Shown here in pieces: positions 50,660 through 62,842 of a stretch of 64,000 nucleotides of DNA. The DNA is taken from NCBI GenBank assembly GCA_013265495.1, contig MU058451.1, positions 1,898,167 through 1,962,166 of the forward strand. Direction: 5' to 3'. The position numbers and the translations under genes are program-made. How positions within the stretch are numbered: the first letter of the stretch is position 1; the number at the start of each line of letters is the position of its first letter. The stretch is from Vicugna vicugna. Taxonomy: Eukaryota. The notes beneath the pieces were generated by a model that was given only the letters and a program-made list of their open reading frames with translations, had not been told where the DNA came from and did no database searches.

Positions 50660-51750
50660 TCATTCCTAGTCTCCTACAAGGACTCCCAGCTTCTACTCCC
50701 CCCCCCATAATTTATTCCCCACACAGCAACCATTGTGACCTCTTTAGACCATAAATCACTCCCCTTCTTTCAGTGGATATAGGAAAAAATGGGGCATGAG
50801 AGGATGGCTGTGTCCCAGGTCTCAGATGAGTCCCCGGGAAGCATCCCGCCAAGTGAGGGTTCTTGGCTTCGTGCAGGGGAGAATTCAAGAGCAAGCCTTA
50901 GTAGAGTGAAGGTAGATTTATTCAGAGAGGTGCATACTCCATTGACAGAGTGTCGGCCTTCTCAAAAGGCAAGCGGAAAGGCCACAAGGTGTGGGGTTGC
51001 TAGTTTTTATGGACTAGGGAACTTTATACTCTAACAAGTGGGAGGATTATTCCAGCTACTTTGGGGAAGTGGCGGGATTCCCAGGAATTGGGCCACCACC
51101 CACTTTTTCACCTTTTATGGTCAGCCCTGAAACTGCCATGTCACCTGTGGGAGTGCAAGTTAGTGTGCTATTGTGTTACAATGAGTGTATAATGAAGCTC
51201 AAGGTCTATTGGGAGTTGAATCTTCCACCATATTGGTGCTATTTGCTGTGTCATTCTTTTAGTGGCTGTGCTGTGCCCCCTTCCCTCCTGTCCCACAATG
51301 ACTTCCTGTGAAATCTAACCCCTTACCCTGGGCAGCAGGGCCCTTCAAGACTGACCCTTGGGCTCCCTCTTCAAACTCCCTTTCTGACCTCTTCTCACTC
51401 ATCTCAGACAAATCACTCATCTCCCAGGTCCTTGACTATCCAAGTTTATTCCTACCTCAAAGCCTTTGCAATTGCTGGTTCCTCTGCTGAGAAATCTCTT
51501 TCCGAGTAATCCAAGCAAATCCCTCGGGCTTTGTGGTTCCATGTCACCTCCTCAGAGGCTCTTGCTGCCCCACTGTCTAAAGATACCTGCCCATGCCACC
51601 TCCCCTAACTCTGTCCCATTAACCGTTTCTGTTTTCTTCACAGAATCTGTCAGTATCAGAAGTCACTCCTTTGCCCCGCTAGGTGTAAGCTCCCAGGAAC
51701 AGAGACCTGTCTCTTGTCCACTGCTGTAAGCCATGCACATAGTCATGCAG
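50660..51750 (+). mobile_element. L2 fragment, split by the MER41-like LTR
   Basis: 'ccacacagcaaccattgtgacctc' ... 'cctacctcaaagcctttgcaattgctggttcctctgc...atgtcacctcctcagagg...gtaagctcccaggaacagagacc'. Confidence 0.8.
50772..51297 (-). mobile_element. MER41-like ERV1 solo LTR
   Basis: Reverse strand reads 'cactcccac...catggcagttt...ggaataatcctcccacttgttag...ccataaaaactagcaacc...aataaatctaccttcactctac...gaattct...ccaagaaccctcacttgg', colinear with recalled MER41. Confidence 0.8.
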
Positions 51751-54700
51751 CCAAGGGAGAAGTTACGATCCAAGATTTTATAAAACTTGCTTCCAGTCAC
51801 ACTGTGAGTAGGAACAAACTCCTGTTTCTATGAATATACCATAGTATTTGTAATTCCTTGATCTTGCTCATATGCTGTTCTTTCCCTGGAGGCTTGTCAG
51901 TCTGATAGGTAAGTTCTAGCATCCTTTAAAACCAGTTCAGCTGCCGGCCATTTAGGAAACCTTCTCTTACCTCCTCAGACTGGGTTAGGTAACCAATGCT
52001 AAGCACTTCGTATGCCCCCTGTGGTCTCTACCATTGTACTTACCATATTATTCTGTGATCATTGCTTTGGTTGCCAGGCTCTTCCAGGAGACCAGGATCC
52101 ACTACAGGGAAGGGACTATTTAATTCATAGAATTAATTTTCCCAGCCCAGGCTGTGCCTGTGAGCACAATTCAGGTTTGCTGAAGGAGACCAGAACCTTA
52201 AACTTCTGATTGTGGTTGACTGTATCATCAAAATACACTGCGTGTTCTACAGATGGGAGCCATCAGTGTCTCAATCCACATTTTATGACTTACAATTCTT
52301 TAGTTAGGCTTTCAGAGTTTAAAAAAAAACCTTTATAATCCAATGTCAGTCAGTTTAAACTGTTTTCAACACAAGGGGAATGTGGCTTGCTGCTATAATT
52401 CTAAAAATCACCTAAGGATTGCTAGGGATAACTTAGATTCAAAGGTAATCCCCAGACCTTACTGTAGAAGTTAATGGCACCAAACGTTTTATCCAAGCGG
52501 CTAAACAATGAGGAACTATATTGATATGAGTTTAACTTCCTTACATTTCTCTTCCTAACAAAAATATGCAGGAGAAAGGGAGGAATAAAAGGAATTATAA
52601 ACAGCCCACCTGCTGGCTAATGAGCGCCTGAGTAATTGAGAGCTGCCTGACTGTGTCAGTCATTTCTCGCAGTTCCCTCGGACTGTCAAGTCCTTCCTGG
52701 AGGTGATGAGAGGCACTGAGGAAATAATAAAATGCGCTGTGCTCCTTTTCCTCCATTCTCAGGGAAGGAAATAACATTAAGCCAGTTAACAATTCAGATA
52801 AAGACAGAAAGACAGTTGGCTCAGGTTTAACCCTGTTCCTTAATTGAAAGGAGTTTTCTGCCCTCAGGGAAGATGATAGCATTTAATCAGGTATTTTTCC
52901 GACATTCTGTTTTATGTGATTATAGATACCTGCCATGAATAACAAATCATTTGTTTTGTTGGTGCGTTTCCAAAATTTCTGCCATGTTGTCTTCTCAAGC
53001 AGAGTAACTTTGTCTTCCATAAAGCTGTTTTCCTCTGGCAGTGATTTAAAGAGCTCATGGAACTTAACGTGGAAGATGTGACTCATCCTTTCAGTAGCTG
53101 TTGAGTGCCTACTGTGTGTCAGCCGCAGCACTGAGTACCAGATGAGACGCATCGTGGTGTTTATATTTAATGAGACCTTTCCCTATAACCAGCATACTGA
53201 AAAGGGCAATGCCATTTTTAAATTCATAATATTTCCATATGGAAATGTGGCTTGCAGACACAAAAAGGTCAGTAGTTTTGTGCAAAAATAGACTTGTTCA
53301 TAATTAAAAGGGAAAAAGAAACTAAAACCAAAAAAGCAAGAAGACTTTATTCTCATCTTTGCAATTAGTATGCTCATGTTTATCTATTTATAAAATCATA
53401 AATTATATTAGCTTTTCATTCAGCTATTACAAGCACAGAAATAATATTGTAGTCTAATTTGACATGGCTATATTGTTTGAAACATATACACTCATCCCTG
53501 ATAATACAGGGCACAACGTTTACCAAATATATCGTGTGTTATACAGATGGAAGCCATTTATATATATAAAATCATTACTAATAGTTATTTATATATATAT
53601 AATCATTACTAATAATTATTTAGTTAGAACTGTAGAGTTAAAAAAACAACTATTGAGTCTCTGCAATTCTTAAGGCGTTTTATGACAAACCTGTGACTAG
53701 ACACAATTTTAGAATGAATAATATATAATACATGGCTTATCAACGTTTGCTCAGTGAGGGAGAGCTTCTGTGGAAGAATGCTCACATTTAAGTACCTCCC
53801 CAGCACCTTGCTCATTATATACATCAAGAAGATACGTTCTTCCCTCTTGCCTATGTAGTCAATGTTCAAACGACCATCCTAAATCTCTGTGTAAGGCCAG
53901 ACTGGCTGCAGTGTGAGAATTTTTTCTGCAACAGCAGGATTCTCCATGGGTCATATCTCCTCTTACCATACAGCTGGGTAAGTTCAGCCATTTCTCAGCT
54001 CTGAGGCCATGAATTGTCAGCTATGTCCACACTTCCTCTGTTGGATTCATTGGGCAGATTGTTTGATGTAATCAAATAATTCAGTTGGGCCTCCTCAGGG
54101 CTAGCGTAACTTGAGGATATCTTCTGAGAGCCTAGATTTGCTTAATTCTGAGTATCTGAAGTTGGTTGTATCTATCCTAAAATAAAAACAGTCTTTAGGG
54201 AACTGGAATAAAAACGGGGGAGACTAACGCTCAGTCATTGGGGAAAAAAAGACTCTTAAAGAAGAACAGGCAACTCTTTCCCCATTTTTTCTTTCCCTGT
54301 GAGCACACCTCCTAGGGCTCAGGGATGTAGTGTTTTACATAAATTGCCAAGTGAAAGGGATAGTAGGCCATTGCCTACAGTTTGTGTTTTTTTGCAGCAT
54401 GCTAGTACTTTCCACGTTAATCATCTGCTGACTATAAACGAACCCATTCCATTTATGAAGTACTCATCTCTTTTGCCTCTAATCATAGTTAGAAAATGAG
54501 TCTTACTTTCATTGGCCCAGGGAGTAAATCATAAAATGATAAGTGCTTTGCCACCAACAGGAAGTCACTCCATGAATACACTGAGACTAAAACCTAGAAT
54601 ATGAAGTTTAAATGAATGTGATATGATTTTCCCAAAGTGCCAGGGTGGGTGGGGGCATGCACATCACTACAGCAGAAGTTCTCCTAATCTACTGCGTTTA

Positions 54701-55409
54701 ACCAATTAGCCAGAGTAACCACGGCTTCCATTCTCTTCCAAATAAACTGACCAGTCCTAGAGCATCCTGGCCACTCAGGGCTAAGAGGATGCCCACGCAC
54801 CGCCTCCTCCCTCAAAACCCCAGGTTCAGTCACTAAGAATCTCTTGTGTTTGCTCCTCAATCTTTGCCAGTTGATACTGTTGTACTTACACAACATAATT
54901 CAATAATATATAAACCTGTAAAATATAAGTACAATCAAAACGGATTGTTGCTTTTATGAAGCTAAAGTGAGTAGAGAAATTCAGTAAGGGTGTGTGGCAA
55001 AAAAAAAATTCTTTTGAATTAGGTGTGGATATGGCAACTTTAAAAGATTGGGGGAAGAGGAGGAATGTAAAAATCGAGACAGATCTTCACACAAATTGCT
55101 TAGCCCGGGTCTTTAAGGACTCATTCCACGTCGAAAGAACTAAAACGAGATTGTCAGTGATGCATTCAGGGTGTGGTTTACGGAAGAAGGATAATGCAGA
55201 ATTCCCAGAATCCATATCAAAGAAATGCTCATTGCCTTGAGCCCTCCTCCTCCCCACCCAGTAAAATACTGGCACATGAATGTCCATTTATGCATTTTAC
55301 ATTAAGGAGGCATTTTAAAATTATGTATTTTTTACTGTTTTTTCTCTTTAATTTTTTTATTAACCACTAACTACTATTCTTGCTCACGTCAGATAATTTG
55401 GTTTCACCA

Positions 55410-55662
55410 CTTACATGGTGGTTGGGTACGCAGGCTCTGAGGACAGACATCCCAATTCCAGATCTGACACTTCTTGTTGTCTGTGTCTTTGGGCAAGGCA
55501 CTTAAATATTCTGATCTTCTGTTTCCTCATTTGTAAATTGATGATAATAATAGTATCTGCTTCTTAAGTTTGTCAAGAGGACTAAAGGAGAAAATGCATA
55601 TTAAGGACTTGGCATAGTGTTAGTGTCTGGCAGCACCTTAAGCCCTTAATCAATAATATCAA
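55410..55662 (+). mobile_element. MIR SINE
   Basis: 'ctgtgtctttgggcaaggcacttaa...ctgtttcctcatttgtaaattgatgataataatagtatc'. Confidence 0.88.
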
Positions 55663-55700
55663 TTTATATGTCTTTATTATTAGAGCAAAAATTGTAACTC

Positions 55701-56060
55701 AGCTGTTAGTTGGCTCAGGCGGCCATAACAAAATACCACAGACTGGGCGACTTAAACAACAGAAATTTATTTTCTCACAGTTTGGGAGGCTGGAAGTCCA
55801 AGAGCAAGATGTCAGCAGGGCTGGTTTCTGATGAGACTTCTCCTCAGTTTGCAGATGGTGCCTTCTAACTGCGTCCTCACCTGCCCTTTTCTCTGTGCGT
55901 GCAGAGAAAGAGACAGCTCTGGGGTCTCTTCCCCTTCTTATAAGGACATCCACCTTATCGGATTAGGGCCCCAACCTTACGACCTTATTTACCCTTATTT
56001 ACCCTGTCCCCAAATATTACCACATTGTGAGTTAGGGGGCACACCGTTCAGTCTATAATA
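55701..56060 (-). mobile_element. MLT1A-type MaLR solo LTR
   Basis: 'ggccataacaaaataccacagactggg...ttaaacaacagaaatttattttctcacag...gaggctggaagtcca...ttcttataaggac'. Confidence 0.92.
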
Positions 56061-56451
56061 CCAGGTATATTTATCCTCTACTTATAATGAATGGGACCTA
56101 GAAGTAGCTTTGGGATGCAGAAATGACCCATCGTGTAGGATGAACCCCAAAGAGAGGATATATGTTTCAGTCCACAGTGATACAGATTCAGGAAAGAATC
56201 TTAGTTCCATGTCTGATTCCACTGTCTGAAACTGTAATTGTTATTTAATTTCTTTTTTCTCTAGATCCACATATAATATCAAATTGTAAGCGAGCCCCTC
56301 ACCTACTTGCTTCATGAGGGTGTGTTAAGGACTAATGTGGCATTGTTCAGTAACTCGTCTGAGATCTCTTGATAAGATAAATATCAAGCAGCAAGACAAG
56401 CTTGTTCCGCTTTATATTACATTCATTTGTTCTTCTATCCATTCATTTAAA

Positions 56452-56770
56452 AGGCAGTCAAAAGCTTCAAAATTCTAGTTACATGATGAATAAGTACTAG
56501 GGATATAATGTACAAAATGATAAATATAATTAAAACTGCTGTATGTTAAACATGGAAGTTAAGAGAGTATATCCTAAGAGTTCTCATCACAAGGAAGAAA
56601 AAAATTTTCTATTTCTTTAAATTTGTATCTATATAAAATAATGGATGTTCACTGGACTTATTGTGGTCGTAATTTCATGATGTATGTAAGTCAAATCATT
56701 ATGCTGTGCACCTTAAACTTACACAGTGATACACATCAATTATGTCTCAGTAAAGCTGGAAGGAAAAATA
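56452..56770 (+). mobile_element. Laurasiatherian L1 3' end inserted in L2
   Basis: 'aataagtactagggatataatgtac...tcctaagagttctcatcacaagg...gtaagtcaaatcattatgctgtgcaccttaaacttac'. Confidence 0.85.
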
Positions 56771-56941
56771 ATGTATCCTCCTATGTGCAAACACCAGGAG
56801 TTCAGAGGAAGTAATTCCTAGAGCATAACTTTAAAGTAGCTCACAGGTCTTTGGGAAAGGCAGACATGTAAGTAAGTAATTACAATAAACCAGAAACATG
56901 GTACACAATTGTACCATTGCAAGATTAACTGCCATGCAAAT

Positions 56942-57190
56942 GTAATAATAAATATCATTTGTTGGGTGCTTACTATGATATTCCAGTTACCATGCCAAGT
57001 GTTTTGTATTCATTATCTCATCTAATATTTATAACAATATTGAGTTAAATACTGTTATTGTCAACATTTTATAGGTTTAGAGAGATTAAGTGTCTTGTCC
57101 AATGGCCCATAGATGTGAAGTGTTAGAGCTGAGAGGAGAACTCACTTGTGCCTAATTCGAGAGGACATTTCCATAACCAGTTCATGCTGC
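56942..57190 (-). mobile_element. MIR SINE
   Basis: 'atttgttgggtgcttactatg...cattatctcatctaat...ggtttagagagattaagtgtcttgtccaa'. Confidence 0.75.
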
Positions 57191-57199
57191 CCCTTTGCC

Positions 57200-58450
57200 C
57201 TGGGAGCACGGAAGAGCATGTACATCAGTCCGAGCCAGGGAATGCTTCATAGACGAGGTTACTGCTGAGCTGGATATTGAAGGAGGGATAGAAGTCGTCT
57301 GGATGGCAGAGGAGGAAGCAGGAGTGCAGGAAGGCTGAGAGACGTGAAGGAACCCAGCTCACTCAGGAGTGCAGAGGAGAATGTGTATCAGGGAATGACC
57401 CTATGTGAGATCACCTTGAGGACAGATGCTCAAGGACCTAGTAAGTCATGCTTTGTCCTAAAGACAGCCAGGGACATTGGAGATTTTGGGGGCAGGAAGG
57501 TAATACAAAATGAGATATGCTTTCCATTCCATTAGGTCACTGTGATGGAGATATGTACTTGGGCCCAGGAGTGGGTACAGCAAAGTTGCAGCATTTAGAG
57601 AAAGGAAGACCCTACTACTACACTCATCCAAGCAAGAAGTGATATGGACCTGGACTTCAGAAGCAGGAGGAGAGCTGGGGGAAAGAATGTTGAAAACATG
57701 TACTTAAAGAATAGACTTGCCATTAGTTTGTGGTTAATCAGATATGAGAAACAAGTCTAGTGAAAAGACTGGCTCCTAGGTTCCTAGCTCAAAAATTGGG
57801 TGGAATTCTGTGCTTTGAGGCAAGAGAGGGAAAATGGGAGGAGGTGTGGGCTCAAGATAGATGATAGAGTCCCATTTTGGATGCCTTTCTTTGAGCTGCT
57901 TATGGGCTGTCTCAGTCATTGTCACCTGGAGACCACCAGAAACACCATCTGGAGCTCCAAGGAGAACGTCGGGGCCAGGAGTGTGACTGGGAAATTGTCA
58001 TCACATCTGTAGATGACAGTTCAAGTCAGTGCGCCCATGTGAGCAGCTTGAGGAAAGAGAATCCACCACGGTCAGCTCCCAGAGGATCCCAGAGGAACCC
58101 AGAGTGGATGAAGACCCTAGGAAGATCAGAAAGGCAGGTGAACTAGGAGAGAGGAACATTCTAGAAGCCAGGAGAACTCAAGAGGGTCACAGGAGTCAGT
58201 GCTGCAGCGGTTAAGTAAGGAGGATCTCTTAAGTATCCATTGAATTTGATCATTCGGAGGTCACTGGAGGACATTGCTGCAGTGGCTTCAGTGGACTGTG
58301 AGGACAAATGCCAAACTGTAGTGAGTAATGGAAGGTGAGGAAATGGAAACCCCAAGTAAAGAATATGTTTTCAAGAACCTGGGCACTGGGGGAAGGAACG
58401 TTCTCTGACAGTAGCCAGTGGGGGCAGGGTGGGCAGGATCAAGGGAGCAC
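57200..58450 (-). mobile_element. Long L2 fragment
   Basis: 'tccaagcaagaagtgatatggacctggac...gactggctcctaggttcctagc...ccattgaatttgatcattcggaggtcactgg...tttcaagaac'. Confidence 0.78.
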
Positions 58451-58499
58451 TGGTGGGTTCTCCCCATTACCTCGCATGTTTCTAATAATATCCTAACTT

Positions 58500-58704
58500 A
58501 AAAAATTTTTGTTTATTGACATGTAGTTGACATACAATGTTAGCTTCAGGTGTGCAGCAGAGTGATTCAGTTCTACATATGCATACACATATATTTTTTC
58601 TTTTCAGATTCTTTTCCATTATGTTATTAAAAGGAATTGAATATAGGTCCTTGTGCTATGCAGTAGGTCCTTGTTGTTTATCTATTTTATAAAGAGTAAT
58701 GTGT
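58500..58704 (-). mobile_element. L1 3' tip with perfect 15-bp TSD
   Basis: 'tttattgacatgtagttgacatacaatgttagcttcaggtgtgcagcag...'; TSD ataatatcctaactt (58485-58499, 58705-58719). Confidence 0.92.
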
Positions 58705-59709
58705 ATAATATCCTAACTTTTAAGGCCTTTGAAAAACACCTTACAGACATTCTTCCTAAGTTGTGCTTCATTTCCGAGTGATAAATAAAATTTGTTTGCA
58801 CTTGAAATTCATATAGGAGATTTTCCTGTGCTTACTGTGTGTCCAGCTGGTAGAAAAGCCTTCATAAAAAGGTCTGTCCTAAGGAGTATCCAATTCAGAA
58901 TGTTTTTATTATGCTTCTTCTGTCAGTGTCAATTCAAATGTCTCATAAGTCTGTTAATGTGATTTGATTCATTCGACCATGTGATCAGAATAAAGAAAAC
59001 ATCCTACATGAGTTCATTTCCATAAATAAACAAAAGACCAAGGAGAGGAGGAGAGAGTAGCCAAATGACTCCTCCCAAAGATTTGCATGTTTGGGGCATT
59101 GAGAGGGAGAGATCCTCAGAACTCGATTGAAATGATCTGAGTAGCTAATGTGAGGCAGGATGTTAGAGGCCCGTTTTCTAAGCTTCAGACGAGAGGTCCA
59201 GAGTTCCAAGAAACAGGGATGAACATTTTCACGTAGCACGTTCATCTGCACACTGGCTCTCTGGGGGATGCTGAGGAGCTGTGAAGAGCACCTGGATCCA
59301 GGCTTCACTCCTTCCTTTGAGGAAGACCACAGGCTGGTTGGGAAAGCCACCCTCAGTGGGATGACAGAGCCCCCCTGTTCTTCACGGGATGCTGAATGGT
59401 AATCATTTGAGAGTAGCCAGCACATTCATGGACCTTCTACTCTCCAATTTTTCTGGCTTGTTTACCTGAGAAAAAAGTGCAAGAGGGAACCACACTCTCC
59501 TGTAAAGTGAGGACCAGGAGAGACAGAGTAAGATGTTGAGATAACACTGTCGAGGGCTTAAAGTAATACTTGTCCTGGCAAAAATCGATTGATAACCATT
59601 GACATTCCAAACACGCCTTTTGCACTTACAGTGTGCTAGGCCCAGTCCTCCCAGTGGGTCTCCTTGCAATTCAGAGAGAGGAAAGAAAAAAATCCCCCGG
59701 CATGCCCAA

Positions 59710-59900
59710 CCCTTTACATACACCACCCATGTTTACCCGTGTTGACCGTAACAGTCCAATGAGGAAGGTGTTATCATTCCGTTTTGTAGCAGAAGTAAAT
59801 GAGGCTAAGAAAAGTCCAGCAACTGATCCCGGGTACCTGAGCTGGTAGATTGCAGAGTGAGTGTCAAAGAATGTCATCCATCTCTTGCCTGAGGCCTGGT
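59710..59900 (-). mobile_element. MIR fragment
   Basis: 'aacagtccaatgaggaaggtgttatcattccgttttgtagcagaagtaaatgaggct'. Confidence 0.65.
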
Positions 59901-60246
59901 CTCTGTGTTGCCCCAGGTTGCCTTCTTCCGGCCAAAGAGTTGAGCTAACAAAACCCCTCTCTGTCCCTCCCAAGAAACTGCACATTCCACATTTCTCTGG
60001 CTTAATGAACACTTTAAAAATATTTTTTCCTCCAAAAATAAAAATAAAAATCTACTTTTTTATGACCACTAATAGCATTCGTGACTTTGTAAAGTAAGAT
60101 GATGAAGTGAAAATCAGTGTGTGCCAGGGTGAAAACTAAACATCCGTATTGTCAGCAAAGGATTTCTCTTGTTGGAGATACATTCTACCTGGATTAGCAT
60201 ATTTAATAGGTTTTTGCTCTCTCCTCAGGCTAAATTATGTTGATTG

Positions 60247-60462
60247 TCAGTGACTGTTAAACCTAACTGCACAGCAGAATCACTGAGGGGAAGCCTCAGG
60301 GAAAAAAAAGAAAAAGAAAAACTCAAAAAGATTTTGATGCCAAAACACCATCATCAGAAATTCTATTTTAATTATCCTATGGTAGAATCCAGGCATATGT
60401 ATGTGTTTTTCTTAATTCCCCAGAAGGTTCTAATGTGCAGCCAAGTTTTGAAATCACTGAGC
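60247..60462. mobile_element. MER5B-type MITE
   Basis: 'cagtgactgttaaacctaactgcacagcagaatcactg...ttctaatgtgcagccaagttttgaaatcactg'. Confidence 0.7.
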
Positions 60463-60854
60463 TCCACCATGTGATAACCGCACTGGTAAACTTGGAGCTA
60501 AATCATGTGTTTAGAAGACGGATGAGAATCCTCAGTTATATGTCCTGCCTTTATCTTTTGTACATCATCAGCCAGATGGTGGAAGACAGCTTGGTGATGG
60601 ATCAATAACACTTATGAACAAAACTGTAGGTCACAGGATGTTTTGGATCCCGACTGATTAAATATCTTAAAACTTAAGCAGTTAGGACATTGAGAATAAA
60701 AAGAGAACCTCTTCCATCTCCCGTCGTCAAGCCAAAGATTGGCTACAAAACTTTAAACGTTTCTAGTCTGTTAAGCAAATAAAATGCCCCAGAGTTTTTA
60801 GGAAAGTACCATGAATATTCTTTCTTATTTTCTCATGATTACACTGATACCACA

Positions 60855-61600
60855 TTTACTTGTTCACTTATCAAATATTTTTGAGAATCTATCCTATTTT
60901 AAGTGCTGAGGTTGGTTCTTGTTTGTATTAAATTTACAGTCTAGTGGGATGAGCAGAAATGAAGGAATAAACAGACCAGAAACAATCAGGACTAGCATGA
61001 AAACCAGAGAGCATGATGGAGACGTGGGAGTCAGTGACGGGGGGAGGCTTCTCTGAGGAGGTGACGATGGAGCTAAGACCCAAGTGACAGGAAGGAGCCA
61101 GCCTTCTGAAAATCTGGGAGAAGAGCATGTCCTCAAGGCAGGAGAGGGCTTAGTACAGTGGAGGCCCCGGAGCTAGAACAGCGAGAAGGAAAGCAAGAGT
61201 CAGGGGGACAGGGACGTACAGCCGGCCCATGACCAGTCACGTGGGCAGTGTCTTCATGCTGTACATCCTGGGGCTTTAGAAAACAAAGGAAAGAAAAGAA
61301 AAGACCCAAAGCCCAGACCCACCCTAGATCCACTGATTCAAAAATCTCAGGAATCTCAACATTAGTTTTCTCCATGTGCTCCTAACGTGTGGAAAGGATG
61401 AGATCCACTAAGGAAAGCTTTAAGAACCAGGTGTGGGATTTTACTTTACACATCATGGGAAGTAACTAACTGAATGGCTTTAAGCTAGACAGTGACACTA
61501 CTTAGTGGACACTGGATCGGGGGGGACTCAGCAAGATCAAAAGGAAGGGAATCCAGTTGAGGCAACTGCAGTATTTCAGAAGAAAGGTGGTGATGGTGTG
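60855..61600 (-). mobile_element. L2 fragment with a probable MER5B-like insert (about 61250-61415)
   Basis: 'ggaggcttctctgaggaggtgacgatggagctaagacc...ggaagagcatgtcc'. Confidence 0.75.
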
Positions 61601-62639
61601 TCCTAGTGTTTCACGTGTTTCCAGAAGAAGGGAATGGCCAACTGGTTTAAAGGCTGTTGAGGGGCCGGTAGAGAGGTAGCCACCAGAAAAATCTTTGCCC
61701 TGATTTGAGGTTTGGCGAATATAGTCACCAAAAATAACACTGTTAATGACACTAAGATTTCTTGCCACAAGTTAACACATACTTTTTTTTTAATATATCT
61801 GGACTGAAAATATATAGGTGAAGATGTTAAAGGGATGTGTGTGTGTGTGTAGGAATAATGCAACATGATTACAAGGTAAGTAAGATTTAGGTTTAATACC
61901 AGCACAGAAAAAAGCATATGGGTCTCATTTCTTCCTAAGGTGCAGTAATTGGATACATTCCAGAGAAGACAAATAGTGACTCAGTACATTTTACATATTT
62001 TCTACTTCTCTTTTTCTTTAAAAATTCAGTCAGACCTAAGAGAGCTGATGTGTCAGGAACAACAGTTACTGGCAAGGCTAGAAATTTCAATCCGTTAAAT
62101 GACCTGCTTTGAAACGAGCGGAGCACATCCACAAAAGGACCCCTCAAATAAATAAGCTGAATGGTTTCTACCACTAGTTTGAGATTTCCACTGAAAATTG
62201 TGTAATGTGAATGGAATACTAAGGTATTTTCAAAACAACCTTAATTTGTTTTAAGGAGAGTGCAGTGCATTAAGTGAGCCCTGAACCGCAAAGGGCCGGC
62301 TGTTTCGATGACAACAAGAAATTGCACACAGATTACTGCTAACTTGAGTTTAGTCATTATCAGGGATCTTCATTTCCAAAAACAAGCAAAAAAACTAAAA
62401 CTAGAATTTCACCCCTCAAATGTCCTGAAGCGTTCCATGTTAAGGGGAACTGTGAAAAATTAAAATAGTGCAGGATCCCTGAAGTTGACGCTAGACATGT
62501 GCCAAATAGAGCCAAAAACATGTGTGCAGCCATTATTCATGTACAGTAAAGAACAGCGTATTTGTGTTCCTCTTCATATAGCAAGCAAGCAGGAGTCTCT
62601 CTCACAGATCCTCATAGTGATGTCTCAATAACGGAATTA

Positions 62640-62842
62640 AGATACTAACTACTATGTAGAAAAGAGATAAACAGCAAGGTCCTACTGTGTAGCACAGGGA
62701 ACTGTATTCAATATCTTGTAGTGACCTACAATGAAAAAAGATATGGAAAGGAAAATATATATGTATATGGATGACGGAAACATTACACTGACACCAGAAA
62801 TTGACACAACATTGTAAACTGACTATGCTTCCATTTTTTTTT
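62640..62842 (+). mobile_element. Short L1 3' tip
   Basis: 'gataaacagcaaggtcctactgtgtagcacagggaactgtattcaatatcttgta...ttgtaaactgactatgcttc'. Confidence 0.9.

Noticed and set aside
3801..56060. Five of six LTRs on the minus strand as evidence for a plus-strand host gene
   Set aside because: The sample is too small, and L1 orientations are mixed, with the longer ones pointing the other way
58985..59425. 146-aa minus-strand ORF in unique DNA
   Set aside because: Non-ATG start, no recognisable homology and no convincing splice boundaries
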